Positions 11,493-25,200 of a stretch of 64,000 nt of DNA are shown here, piece by piece (positions within the stretch are counted from its first letter, which is position 1; the number at the start of each line of letters is the position of its first letter). The notes below the pieces were generated by a model that ran no database searches, was not told the origin of the DNA, and saw nothing but the letters and a program-made list of their open reading frames with translations. A program made the position numbers and the translations under genes. Origin of the DNA: Vicugna vicugna (lineage: Eukaryota); NCBI GenBank assembly GCA_013265495.1, contig MU061538.1, forward strand, positions 1,631,339 through 1,695,338. Reading direction: 5' to 3'.

Positions 11493-14400
11493 ATTCTAAA
11501 ATCTATAAAGAGACCAAAGACCCTCCCTGCCCAAACCCACATCACACCTTCGCCGTATTAGTGTAGGCGGCCAGTGACTAATTAGCTGATTCATTTGCTA
11601 GGATCCAAGACTCTTATTAATGACAGTGATCATTTGTTTCAAGAAAGCTGCTCTTACTTCATTAGTGACTGTGAGTAAGAGATGGTGTGTTTGGATTCCG
11701 TACACCTGGCTTGTCACATTGTGGACAATAGTCAATACTTTTGCATATTGACATTTGTAATCAAGGCAAGAGATCCGATCAGAGATAAACAGTTAAGTTT
11801 CTCAATAGAACCGTGAACAGAGCCCTGAATTTTCCCCTTTTCCTTCTGGCTGCAGTGGGGAGAGAACAAAGAGGCAGAACCGCGGGCGTGTGGAGACGGA
11901 TTGATGGGTTGAGACTCATTCCTTCTTTCCGGTATCACTAGGCCAGGGTGAGAAAGACAGGTGAGGCAGTCCTTGATCTCGAGTCTATTTTGATGTGAAG
12001 TCTGAAGCAAATGGTATAAAAATACACTTGCAAATTCAAATGTCATTTTTTGTTCATTTTACTAAAACCAAGACAGAACGTCTTTTCTTACCCACAAAAA
12101 ATTAATCTTAGCAGTAACAGCTATGTGAACAAAAAAATCTCCTTCTGGCCACATTGATACAAAGAAATAAGCAAGGTATAGGATGGTGGTTCTCAGCAAG
12201 GGAGCCATCTGTGAGCACTGGGTTTGTTGGATTCTGCCCCCAGTCATATCAAGTAGAAGCTGTCCACTTCACCCAGGTTCTGTTTTCCCTTAAGACAGAG
12301 ACACATCACTGTGGGGATGGAGGACTCAGGTCAGCATGAACACTGTCTGGTGAAGGTGTGTGAGCTCTACTGAGAAGGAGTGTCTGTGTGGCTGGAGCAT
12401 GCCAGGGGCCGGCAGTGTCTCAGAAGCTCTCATGGGTCAGGCAAAGCCACGGTATCACAGCACATCAGCCATTGCTTCAGATGGGAAGATTTTAAATAAC
12501 TTCACAGGTGCTGACTTTTGAAACATCAGGAGGCCCTGCTGTTAGAAAATCATCGCACTGATAACCCAAGAGGGGTGGGCAAGCCAGGAGGACTCTCCTC
12601 TGTGCTCAGTGCCCAGGCCAGAGGGGATCAAGCTGCACCAGGGTAAAGTCATCTGCTCAAACAGCTGCCTCAGATGGGTTTCAGGTTTATATTGAGAATC
12701 ACGAGATCTCATCATCCAGATACCCTTGAGAGACCACCCAGTCCAAGCTCTCAGCTAGGAATCCACTCCACTCAGGTAACCTACCAGACTCCACGTGAGA
12801 TACTCCAGCAACAGAGGACTTGCCATCTTCTCTCATTACATTCCTTTGCATTTTTCCTCAAGAAACATTTATTAGTGATCTGTACCACTATTAGCAATAA
12901 GAGCAGCATTTAGCGAGTTATTTTTCTACATCGAGTCCCAGCCATCCCCCTCCAGCCATCGGTCGCCCCAGCCACCAGTCCAGGGCCATGGTTTTTCCCT
13001 GGGAGGGATTGGCCACCGGCATCTCTCATTTCCCTCGGCTCTGCGTTGCATAAACTATCTTCCAGGAAAGAGGTCTGGCGGCCCCTTCTTCCACCCAGAC
13101 CTCACTCGTACCTCAGAAACCGTGGCTCAGGTGCAGCACAAGGCCCTGGGCCCCTGACCGCCCTCACCCAGCACACTTAGAGGGCAGAGATTCCATACCA
13201 GGAAGGGCAAGCCAAGAAGAGCAGAGGCCAACACCCCCACCCAGTGCCCTGCTCGTAAGGCAGGGGTATTACTTGAGAGAAGCAAGCATTACCCCCTTCA
13301 CTAGGTCCAGAGAGGGATGCAGAGGTCTTGCCCGGGAGGCAGAGAAAGGCCTGAAGAACACATAGCTCTGAGCTCTCTCCAAGGAAACCAATTTATTTGG
13401 AACAGAGAGTGAGGAAGTTCAACCTAAAGGTGCTATCAAAATCAGTGGAGATTTCAGTGATGAGAAATTTAGAGGAGGCTAGTTGCTCCAGGTACACAAG
13501 CTGGGCTGTAAGCCAGCTAGAAGTTTGCCAGAGACACCAGTGAAAGAGGCAGCTGGGGCTGGAACAAGACTCAAAGACAAGCCTCAGAAACTAGCCTAGC
13601 AAAGGGGCATGAATTTAATTGAATCTGACCATAGAGCAATTTATGCCCGGGGGCCTTGTCAAAAACGATAGAGCAGTGAGCCAGCAGGCATGGAGGCTAA
13701 CAGCCGAGTGTGATACCAACAGAGGAAGACGACTTAAGAGAGGCGGTCAGAGAGAGTCCTGCTGGAGCCACTGTCATCCCGGGGTGGCTGGACACATGCC
13801 AAGGCTGGGCCCTCAGGGAAGAGACAGCGGAGGCTGCACACTGAGAGGGTAACAGACTTGCCTGGAAGAGTCCAACCAAGTCACCAAACGAAAAACACGC
13901 CAACAGAGACAAGCCCTGCAGAGGGCGAAGCAGCGTGCAGAGTTGCTGTGATATATTACCCGATATGTCACGCTTTCAGCAGGAAACTGTAAGGCATACA
14001 AGGACCAGGAAAGCGCGACCCATAAACACAGGGAAGACCAGGCGACAGAAACTGCTTTTGAAAGGACTCAGATGTCAGACTTAGCAAAGACTTCAAAACA
14101 GCTGTTGAAAGGATGTTCAAAGAACTGAAGAAAACTATGCTTAAAGAAGTAAAAGAAGGTGTAATGACAAATAGAGAATATCAACAAATCAGTGGAAATC
14201 ATGTTAATAAAAGAACCAAATGGAAGTCCTGGAATTAAGACTAAACTGAAAAATTCACTAGAGGGGCGCAAAAGCAGCTCTGAGCTGACAAAAGAATCCG
14301 TGAACTTGAAGGTAGATTGGAAGAGATTTTGCAATGAAAAGAGAAGAGAGGGAAGAAAATGAAAGGAGCCTCAGAGAAATGTGCATACGGAAAGCATACC

Positions 14401-14913
14401 AATATATGCATGATGGGAGTACAAGAAGAAGTGAGAGAAAGGAGCAGAAAACACATTCAAGGAAATAATGGCTAAAAAGTCCCACATTTGATAAAAAAAA
14501 ACATTAGTCAGCACATCTAAGAAACTCAACAGCCTCAACGAGATCCACAAACAGACGCATCATAGTTAAAATGCTGAAAGACAAAGAGAATCTTGAAGTC
14601 AGCAAGGTAAGAACGACTATCACACGCAAAGGAACTCCAGTAAGATTAACAGCTAACTTCTCATTAGAAACAATGGCGGCCAGAAGGCAGTGGATGACAA
14701 TCAAGGTGCTGAAGAAAAAAGCTACCAGCAAAATTCTCTTTGAAAAATGAAGGTGAAATAGATTATTTCCAGATAAACAGAAGCAGAGGGATTTGTTGCT
14801 AGTAGACCCAGCTTACAAAAAATGCTAAAGGAAATTCTTCAGACTGAGAACAAGTAAGACCAGATGATAATTCGAATCCACGTGGGGGAGAAGAGTGCTG
14901 GTGAAGGCAATGG

Positions 14914-16556
14914 CAGGCGCATCTTGTTACTGCACTTCGCAGATATTGTGGGGTTTTTTTTTTTTTAACAAATTAAAGGTTTGTGGCAACATGGCATTGA
15001 GTAAATCAGCACCATTTTCCCAACAGCATTGGCTCAGTTCATGTCTCTGTGCCACATTTTTGTAATTGTCATAGTATTTCAACCATTCTCATTATTACTA
15101 TATTTGTTATGGTGACCCGAGAGCAATGATTTTTAATGTTATTACTGCAATTGTTTCGGGAATCACGGAACTGTGCCTGTATAAGATGGCAAACTTAATG
15201 CACAATCTCTCTCTCCTCTCCAAGCTTCAAAGCATCAAAGGCCGGGCTGATTCTGTTGTTAGGGGCTAATGCAGCTGGTGACTTTAAGCTGAAGACAGGG
15301 CTCTTTTACCATTCTGAAAAGCCTAGGCCCCTTAAGATTATGCTAAATCTACTCCTCTCAACAAAGTCTCAACAGATAGCACATCTGTTTACAACATGAT
15401 TTACTGAATATTTTATGCCCACTGTTTAAAACTACTGCTTGGGAAAAAAAAGATTCCTTTCAAAATATTACTGCACGTCGACAGCGCACCCGGTCACCCG
15501 AGGGCTCTAATGGAGATGCACAGTGAGAGCCATGTTATTTTCATGCCTGCCAACACACTCATTCTGTAGCCCACACCTTAAGACATAATTTTGACTTTCA
15601 AGTCATACTGTTTCATAAGGCTATAGCTGCCTGCCATAGGTAATGAATCTTCTGATGGATCTGAAAGAAGTAAGTTGAAAACCTTCTTTCACCAGGAAAG
15701 GGTTCACACCATTCGAGATGTCACTAAGAACATTCATGATTCACGAGAAGAGGTCAAAATATAAACATTAACACGAGTTGGGAAGAAGTTGATTCCAACC
15801 CTCATGAATGTCTTTGAGGGGTTCACGGCTGCAGTGGAGGAAATGACTGCAGGTGTGGCAGAAAGAGCAAGAGAACTAGAATTAGACTCCTGAAGGTGGG
15901 ACTGAACTGCTGCATCTCGTGATAAACCTTTAACAGATGAGGAGTAGCTTCTCATGGATGAGCAAAGAAAATGGTTTCTTGAGGTGAAGTCTACTCCTAG
16001 TGAACATGCTGTGAAAACCACTGAAGTGACAACAGGGACTTAGAATATTACATAAACGTAGTTGATAAAGCAGCAACAGGATTTGGGAGAACCGAGTTCA
16101 ATTTTGAAAGAAGTTCTGCTGTAGGTAAGATGCTATCCAACAGCACTGCCTGCTGCAGAGAAATAATTCACGAAGGGAGGAGTCAACCAATGCAGCAAAC
16201 TTCACTGCTGTCTTACCCTGAGAAATTTCCACAGCCACCCCAGCCTTCAGTGGCCACCACCTTGATCAGCGAACAGCCATCAAGACTGAGGGAAGACCCT
16301 CCAACAGCAAAAAATATCCACTACTCACTTAGAGCTCAGATGGCGGTTAGCAGTTTTGAGCAATATAGTATTTTTAATTAAGGTATGTACACTTCTTAGA
16401 TAGCGCTGTTGCAAATTTACTAGACTACAGTGTAACGTAAGCATAATGTGTATACACACTGGGAAACCAAAGAACTCATGTGACTCACTTTATTGTGATA
16501 TTTGCTTTATTGTGGTGATTTGGAACCTAACCTACAATATCTCCAAGACGTGCCTG
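14914..16556 (+). mobile_element. Tigger1 (pogo-like DNA transposon), internally deleted, inserted between L1 ORF1 and ORF2
   Basis: TIR-like ends caggcgcatct... and ...agacgtgcctg; transposase DDE-region remnants (ttaggggctaatgcagctggtgactttaag; attccttttcaaaatattactgcacgtcgacagcgcacccggtcacccgagggctct). Confidence 0.92.
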
Positions 16557-19162
16557 TGTTTAGTTATAAAAGACTATGTAATTACATCGATCTTCTCCTT
16601 TCTTCCCTTAACCAATGTGAAAAGCAAGTATATAAAATATGCATGTGATTAGATTCGGGGGCCTGTAACATACTGTATTTGACAATAACAGCACAAAGGA
16701 GGTGAGTGGTAGTAAAGTCATACTGGAGTCAGAAAACAGCGCAGTAAAGTCAGGATGGAAAAATAGTAAATAACAAGATTAATATAACAAAAACACCAAA
16801 AGCACACGCTTGCTCTCCTTTCTTCTGCATGCTTCTTTAAAAGATAAACAGCTCTACAAAGTAACAATTATAGCAATGTGTTGTTGGGCTTGTAACATAT
16901 ATAGATATAATATATAAAACAATAGCACCAAAGAGGGGGCTCTGTGGGAGGAACATCTCAATAGCTCACTAAATTTTTAGTACAAACCTGAAGTAGACTT
17001 TAAGTTGAGGTGTCTATTGTAAGCCTACAGCAATCACTAAGAAAACAGTTTAGAAATATATGATGAAAATTACTGCAGAAATTACCATGTTATTCTAGAA
17101 AATACCCATTTAATTTAAAAAAAAAAGCACCAAAGGAGAAATAAAGAAACAAAAAGGGCACAAGCATAAAAGAAAAAAAAGTCAAAATGGTAGACATGAA
17201 TCTATATCAATATTAACACTAAATGTGAGTGGACTAGCAAGCTAATCAAAAGACAGAGACTGTCAAACTGGATTGAAAAGACAAAGATCTAATTATTATG
17301 TCTTCAGGAGATGTACTTTAGATTCAAAGACACAAATAGGTTGAAAATAAAAGGATGGAAATACATATTATGCAAAAAATAATAAAAATCTTGAGTGTCC
17401 TTACTAATATCAGGTCAAAAGAAACTAAAACAATCATTTGACTAGTTGGAATAAGGTTACTTTATAAAGAAAAAAAGACTGATCCACCAGGAGCAGAGCA
17501 GTTATCTATTGTAAGACACCTAACAGAGCCCTCAAAATAGGTGAAGCAAAAATTGACAGGATTGAAGCAAGAGACAGACAGTTCCACCATAATATTAGAG
17601 AGTCTGATGCTCCACTGTCAGTAATGGATAGAGCACACAGGCAGGTCATCAGGCGAACAGAAGGCTGGAGCAACACTATAAACAAACTGGGCACAGTAGA
17701 CACCTCCTGAGCACACACCTCAGCACCACCAGAGCACTCATTCTTCTTAGACACACAGAATATTCTCCAGGATAACTGATGTACAAGACCGAAAAGCAAG
17801 CCCAAGTAAGTGTTAAAGAAAGTAAATCATACAAAGCATGTTCCCCAACAGCAGTGGAATAAAATTAGGTGTCAGTAACAGAAAGAAATCTGGTAAATTT
17901 TTAAGTATGTGGATATTAAACAATAAATTTCAGAATGATAAATGAGTTAAAGAAGAAATCCTGAGGAAAATTATAAAATACCTTGAGATGAATGGAAATA
18001 AAAACCACAGCATACCAGAATTTACTGGATGCGGCTAAGGCAGTACTTAGAGGGACATTTGTGCCTGTGGTCACTTGTATTTAAAAAGAAGAAAGATCTC
18101 AAATTGACAACCTAACTTTCCACTTATTTAAGATGCTAGAAAAAGGGGAGCAAACTAACCCTAAAGCAAACAGAAGGAAGGAAATAACAGAGATTAGGTC
18201 TGAGATAAATTAAATAACGACCAGAAAAACAGTAGAGAAAATTAAGGGAATCAAAGGCGAATTCCCTTAAAAGATCAACAAAATTCACAGAATACTAGTG
18301 GGAAGACTCAGATTACTAGCGTCATGACTACCAACCTTACAGAACTAAAACGTGTTTTAATAGAGTGCTATGAACAGCTGTATGCCAGCATTTTAGATAA
18401 CTTAGATAAAACAGACAAATTCCCAGAAAGACACAAACTGCCAGAGCTGCCTCAAGAAGAGTTAGAAAGTCTGAATAGACTGATACAGAGCAAAGAGACT
18501 CAATTAGTAAATTTCAAACTTCTAGGAAAAAGAAAACCAAGCCAAGATGGCTTCACTTGTGAATTCTACTAAATATTTTTAAAGAATTAATATCAATTAT
18601 TTACAAATTATTCCATATACATTATTTGAAAATGTATCCCAAAACCTTATTCTATGTGGCCAGTGTCACCTTAATGTCAAAACCAGAAAAAGAAATCACA
18701 AGAAAGCTACAGACCAGTATCTCTTTTGAATACAGATGCAAAAAATCCTCAACAAAATCTGGCAAACAGAGGCTGGCACCTTGTAAAAAGGATTCTGCTC
18801 TCTGACTCAGTGGGACTTATCCGAGGAACACAAATTTGGTTCAACATACGAAAACCAATGCATGTTATACACCATATTAGTAGGAAAAAGAACCACGTGA
18901 TGATCTCACTAGACCCAGAGAAAGTGTATGACAAAATTCAACACACTTTCATGTTAAAATGGTCAATAAAGTAGGAACAAAAGGGAATTTCCTCAACCCA
19001 ATACAGGGCACCTTTGAAATATCCATCCTAGACATCATCCTTAATGGTAAAAAACTAAATGCTTTTCCCTTAAAATCAGGAAGAAGACAAGGATGTCCAA
19101 AGTCACTACCTACATTCAACATTGTACTGAAGTTTCCAGGCAGGGAATTAAGCAAAAGAAAG

Positions 19163-19277
19163 AGACAGAAGAAGAAAGAGAAAGAGGAGGAGGAGGGAGA
19201 GGAGGAAGGAAGGAAGGAAGGAAGGAAGGAAGGGAGGAAAGAAGAAAGGAAGGAAGGGAGGGAGGGAGGAAAGAAAG
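19163..19277 (+). repeat. GA-rich (GAAG/GGAA)n microsatellite inside L1 ORF2
   Basis: Directly visible. Confidence 0.9.
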
Positions 19278-20334
19278 GCTTCCATCTTGGAAATGAAATA
19301 AAACTCTCTTCACAAATTGCATGATGTTATATACAGAAAATCCTAATGAATCCACTAAAAAAGTATTAGAACTACTAAACAAGTTCAGAAAAGTTGCAAA
19401 ATATAAAATCAATACACAAAAATCTATTATATTTCCATACACTTGCAACGAACTATCTGAAAATGAAGTTAAGAAGCAATTCCATTTATAACAGCATTAA
19501 AAGAATAAATTCCTAGGAAAAAATTAACAAGAGAAATACGAAACTTGTACCCCCCAAACTACAAAACATTGTTAAAAGAAATTAAAGGTCTAAGTAAATG
19601 GAAAGTCATCTACAGTCATGGATTGGAAGACTTAATTTTGTTAAGATGGCAAGACTCTCCAAACTGATCTACAGATTCAACACAATTCCTATAAATATCT
19701 CAACTGCCTTTTTACAGAAATTAACATGCTGATCCTAAAATTCATATGGAAATAAAAGGACCCATAAGAGTCTGAACAATCTTGAAAAAGAACAAAGTCA
19801 GAAAACACACTTTCTGACTTGAGACTTATCACAAAGCTGCAGTAACAGAGAGCGTGTGGCGCTGGCACAAGGACAGACATACGCAGATCAACTGAGCTGA
19901 AAGTCCAGAAGTGAACACATCTGTAATCAACTGATTTTCGACAGAGATTCCAAGACAATTCGATAGGGAAAGAGGTGTCTTTTCAACAGATTGTCTTGGG
20001 GCCACCGGATATCCACCTGCGAAAGAATGAACTTGGACGCCAACCTCACACTATATACAAAAATTAACCCAGAATGGATCACAGACATAACCGTAAAAGC
20101 TAAAACTGTAAGATTCTTAGAAGAAAATACTGGAGTAAATCTTCATGGCCTTACAGTAGGAAACATACTTAGATACACCACCAAAAACACAGGCGACAGA
20201 AGTGAAAAGAGACGATCTGGGCTTCGTTAACATGGAAAACTTCTGTGCTTCAGGGCCACCAGCAAGAAGCGAAGAGACAGTCGCAGAATGAGAGAAAGTA
20301 TGTGAACAATATCCTACAAAAGCTGTTTCTCGTT

Positions 20335-20666
20335 TTTGAAAACTTACACACAGAGGCAAATGTGAGACCCAGGTATCTCGTTTCAAGTCAGACATCAAAG
20401 ATGTTCGTGTACGTGCACATTAGTATCACTCTTCTCATTAAAAATTTTGTGTTTTGGAAAATAGAGTTATTTTTATAAAAATACGTGATTTATGTGATGG
20501 GTTTCTTATTGTTATTTTTTAATTAATTAATAAGGTTTTTAATTCATTCATAAATAGTATTTTTTAAGTTTTTAATTTCCCTTGTAGTAAGCAAATCCTC
20601 TTTGGGGTCCTCAGGAATTTTTCAGCATGTAGAAGAGTCCTGTTGGAAAATGTCTGAGAACCACGG
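20335..20666 (+). mobile_element. Charlie1-family hAT transposon terminal fragment
   Basis: cagacatcaaagatg...gttttggaaaatagagttattttt...ctctttggggtcctcaggaatttttcagcatgtagaagagtcctg...tgagaaccac. Confidence 0.8.
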
Positions 20667-22021
20667 AGCTGGAGGAGGATGCAAAGGCGTCAGAGAGGGA
20701 GGCATTGCTGCTGAGGACCGAGGGGGTGGGCTGGCTGTGCCCGGTGCCCCGGGAGGATGGGAGCCTGAGAGCTGGCCCACAGGCAGCACAGAGGTGTTCA
20801 AAGGACAGGGATTTCCCAAGGTGCGCACGAGACCCAGCTCCTCCCATGCAGGGAGGCCAGCAGAGGCGGCCAGCGGGCAGAAGGGTGCCTGCAGGCGCTG
20901 AGAGGTGCGGGTGGGGCAGAGACCGGAGCCCTGACGGGGACACGCACGAGGTCTGACACTCCCCAACTCCCCGGGCATCCTGCTGCTGCGTGGGTGGTGT
21001 GACTTGTCCAGGCTGCTGGCCCCTCCACATCACGTGCAGCCGGGGCTGGATGTGCAGCCAGGGCTGGGTGCTGAGCCAGTGGGATGTCCTGGCTGTGGAG
21101 GAACAGGTCATTCCATCCCTGATTTAGGGATGAGGAACCCAAGACACGGAGACCGGACGTTCCGACCACATTTCAGGGCAGTCGCTTGCTCCACGGGCCT
21201 GAGAGGACAGGCGTCCGGGACACGGTTGGAGCTGCGTGTCTGATGGGGCTTGGGGCCTCTGGCGGGATCAAACCCTCCTCCAGAGGCGTCTCCCGGCATC
21301 ACCCGTCCCCTCCATGCGTGGGAGGACGGGGACCGAGGGTGAGTATGGGAAGCTTGACATGTTGATATTGCCCACTTGTTTGCACATGTGCCCTCGAGAT
21401 TTGGCACTGGTGTGCTTCTTATAAATCTAAATGATACAATTTGCGTTTGAATGAATCGTAAAAATGTCCCTACCTTGGCAGGCGGTGTCCTTGCTTTCGG
21501 AATAAAAAGGAAATACTCCTGCTTATGAGAGCAAAGTTGAGGGGTGGTGCTATCTGATAAGAACATCTATAAAATGAGTAAGAGCATGTTTTATAAGCGC
21601 AGGAATCTTTACCAGGGGGTCATCTGCGAGGCTCGACAGGGGTGGGAGGGGCCGCTCTCCTCAGGGAGCAGGGTGGGCGGGTCGGGAGAAGAAGGGCGCC
21701 TCGGCCCGGCCTCACCGAGGGTGTCCTCAGGCACAGTGATGGTGGTGGTGTCGCCTGCCGCGTCTTGAAGGCACTGCAGTGAGCGCAGGGCACGGACGAG
21801 CTGGCTTAGTCCTACTGAGCAGCCCGCACAGCATGCATGTGGTTCACGGGGCTGAGGTCACAGGGCCAGGGAGCGGCAAAGGTGACGCTCAGACCCAGGT
21901 CTGCGGGCCCCCAGGAGCCAGGGCACACGGGCGCTGTCCTGGGCCAGCAAGTGTGCGCCGCCGATTAACGGGGTCTTCGGGATTCAGGCAGCAGCTTATG
22001 CTCCCTGCGAACGTGCGCGTG

Positions 22022-22273
22022 TGGGTCCCTGCCGCTTACCTCTTGTAAGTGTAGTAATGTGTATCTGTTCATCCCAAAATCCTAATTCAGCCCTCCCTTT
22101 GGTGCAGCACAGACAAGTATGTTCAAATTCTTGTAATAAGCTATCACGGAACTGAATCTGAAAAGATACATATATATGTGAATGTATATGTATAATTGAA
22201 TTGCTTTGCTGTACACCTGAAACTAACATTGTAAATGAACCACACTTCAATAAAAAATAAAATTAAAAAAAAA
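22022..22273 (+). mobile_element. 5'-inverted younger L1 3' UTR fragment within an older L1 remnant
   Basis: 22022-22100 is the reverse complement of L1 3' UTR; 22102-22273 is forward and ends cttcaataaaaaataaaattaaaaaaaa. Confidence 0.75.
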
Positions 22274-25200
22274 TGTGTGAATGTGGTTCATATGGACACC
22301 TGTGCACGAATGTTCATGGTAGCTTCGTTTGTGGCCAAAGCGGGGACTGACCACCAAGTCCTTCCACGGCCGCCGGGTGAGCCGAGCCACTCGCCGGAGG
22401 AAGAGGGACTACGGATGCAGGAGGCCATTTGGTGGGTAAAACTCCCACCCTTAATGATGCCATGGTGACTCTCCATTCACACAGCGACCTCGGGGTGGCA
22501 GGAGTCTAGGGATGAGGACAGCTTTGGGCTGTGAAGTGAGGGCAGGGCAGGGAGGGACCGGATGGGTTCCTGGAACCGTGCCGTCTTGACTAGGCCAGAG
22601 GACACGGGAGCCCATGCCTGTGACAAGACGGCACTGCCAGCAGGCGAGGCACGGCGGCAGGACTTAGCAGCAGATGCCAGGACGCCAGGCGAGAGCACCG
22701 CTTGGCAAAGCACGGTGTAATTTAGGCAAAAAGGCATTTTAATGAATGACTATGTGAAAGACAAGAGGGTGCCCGTGATCCCAGCATAACTTAACTGCAA
22801 GGGTTTTGAAAGTGAGCCTCAGGGGCCCGCCAGCTGAGCCGCACCTCGCCTAGCAATCACAGGCAGGAACAAGGGGTACCGTGCCAAACACGCTGGTAAA
22901 GGATGGGGGCGGGGAGGCGGCCGCGGGAACCAGCACTCACAGACCCGCGGGGAGTGACATGCCGCTGGGCTCCCCGGGAAGTCGGAAGGACAGACCGTCT
23001 CTGGCTGGACAAGGAGACACAGAGACAAAGACCGAGGAGGAAGAGAAGGCAGATCCCACCCCCGCCAGTCGGGGGAAACCCAGGCCGGGGAGGGCAAGGG
23101 CTGGCCCCCGCCCCCGAGATGCCCGCAGAGCCAGGGCTGCAGCTGGAGACTCACCTAGGGGCCAGCTCTCTCCGGCCTCTGTCAGGTCCTTCTCCTGCGA
23201 CATCTGGCCTCACTTTTCCCTCCACAAATCATCCCCACTGAGAGAGATCCCTTCCCCGTGTCTCAGGAGGGGCGAGGACCTGAAGATAAATCGGCATGTC
23301 CAGGACATGACAGGTGACGGCACCGTGGACTCCATCCCGTGGCACAGAGATCTGCACGCTCCACGTGCCGGGATGTGTAAACCCGTGGGAAGCCCACTGT
23401 GAGGAGCTACGCGGACTCTAGCAGCACCATGTTGCTCCAGGCACCACGGGGGCCACACTCACCAGCTCCGCCACGGCCACCCAGACTCGGAGGCCCTGCC
23501 CGGGAGCATGGTCTCGGGCTGGGCTTCCACCAGGGCTGGGTGGCCGGGCCGTCCACCATCACTGCCGTGTGTGCCAGGACTGGGGCCCCAGGCTCTGCCC
23601 TGGTTCAGGGACGCAGGCAGGGGAGAGAGAAGGAGAGAGAGGAGAGGGGTGACCCTGTCCTCGGTCCCCGGGAGAGACAGGTGGGTTCCGGGAAGAAGGA
23701 GGGGAGGGGAGCGGAGGGGCAGGATTGGCTCCACACCTATGGGCTGAACTCGGAGAGAGACAGGGCCCGAGCCAAGAGCTTCGGGAAGCGGAACAGGCCG
23801 GCAGGAAACGGCGGCCCCACCACAACAGCAGCAAGTGCACAAGAGAGCCCTCTGGAGGGACAGACCGACCTCATCTGGCTAGTGTGTGGGGCGCCGTCTC
23901 AGCCAAGGGAGGCTTTTGCTGCCGCAGAGACCAGACGAAACTACAGCGGCAGCCCGCGTTCACGCCGCACAGGTCAAGAGAGTGAGGCCCGACCTGCCAC
24001 CGCTGGGCTCGGCTGCGGCGACCTGGGTGAGGCCACTCCTGCTGGCCACTCGACCTGCGCTCGGCTCCGCGGTGGGTGGGCTCCCCTCGCTGACACCTCG
24101 CACCTGCACACTTGTGATGGTGTTGTCCATTAATAGAACATTTGCTTCTAAAAGAGACTCTCCCTGTGTTCATCACCTTCATCCTCTTTTTTAAAGAACA
24201 CTGAGTGACAGGACTCAGGTGGTCAGAGGAGAAGTCCCAGTGTGGGACCCTTAGGTCACAGTTGAGAGCTCGCCTCCCCCAGCCCAGGGGCCCCACGCAG
24301 AGTATTTAGAACCCCTGGGCCTGCCTCACTTTCCCCAGCACGTGTTTCAGTGCCACGTCTTTCCAGCAATACCCACCCCATCCACAGAGCACCGCTTCCC
24401 CCAGGATCCCACGTGGGAGACCGTGGCCCCAGCTCTCCCCTCCAGGAGCCGCCTACCCCGCTCCCCCTCGCCAGCCCCTCCCGGCTGCCCTTCTCCAGCC
24501 CTCACAGCTCAGCCCCCTCCCGCCGCTAAGTCAAGTCCAAACCCCACTCCTCCTCCAAGGCGCCTTTCATGTGGCTTCCATCTAATCTGAAAACACCTCC
24601 TGCCCGTTGTCTCTCTATCTGTGGGCTGTTTCTTCAGCCACGTTTGAAAGAGCCCGATGTGGAGGAGAGTACATGCTGGGGTCTCGAGCAGTTGGTGCAT
24701 CTACACGGGACCCTACCCCACATGCCAGGACCTGCTAGCTGCGTGTGCAGAGCCCGCATTCTGCCCGTGGCCTCTCTCCAGGCCAGGGGCTGCCCCAGCC
24801 CTCCACGTTTAAGGCTGTGCTGTTGGCCTCCCTGCACACCGGTCGCCCCCACAGACCTCAGAATCCAACAGGGAGCAGGGCTATCTTTGGTGCAAACGCC
24901 CAGGAAGCTGCACCCTCCTCCACCAGCTTCTCCGGGGGCGGTGACCCAGTGTAGGGGACCCGCCACACACTTGAAATTCAATTCCATTGGACCCACCTGC
25001 TTTCCTGCGGGGAGCAGGGCAGCTCGCTTCAGAACTCTCCAGGGGATGGATGCTAAAGGTTCGACAAGTTACACTTGTGGTTTTCAAAAGAAATCATTTT
25101 GTGTGTGTGTGAAGAACTACCTTTCTTGGCATAAAATAACTGGAAAGTACCTGGGATATCTCAATAAAACACATCAAAAGTAACTTTCTCCGGCTTGTTT

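Larger units (their letters stand above)
12930..20330 (+). mobile_element. Near full-length degenerate old LINE-1 (L1M4b-like 5' UTR, ORF1 ~13960-14860, ORF2 ~17187-20290), internally deleted
   Basis: ORF2 start region (..tatcaatattaacactaaatgtgagtggacta..); RT-region peptides in the ORF track (YEQLYASILDNLD, HVMISLDPEKVYDKIQH, GKKLNAFPLKSGRRQGCP, LTLYTKINPEWITD); abrupt L1M-type 3' end gtatgtgaacaatatcctacaaaagctgtt. Confidence 0.95.

Noticed and set aside
18324..20230. L1 ORF2-derived ORFs as functional genes
   Set aside because: Fragmented by stops, frameshifts and a microsatellite.
23399..24133. Long ORFs in GC-rich DNA (244 aa here; also 44220-44936, 45817-46590, 25971-26669)
   Set aside because: Pro/Arg/Gly/Ala-rich, overlapping on both strands, no recognisable domain; 45817-46590 runs through an L2. 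Expected by chance at this GC content.
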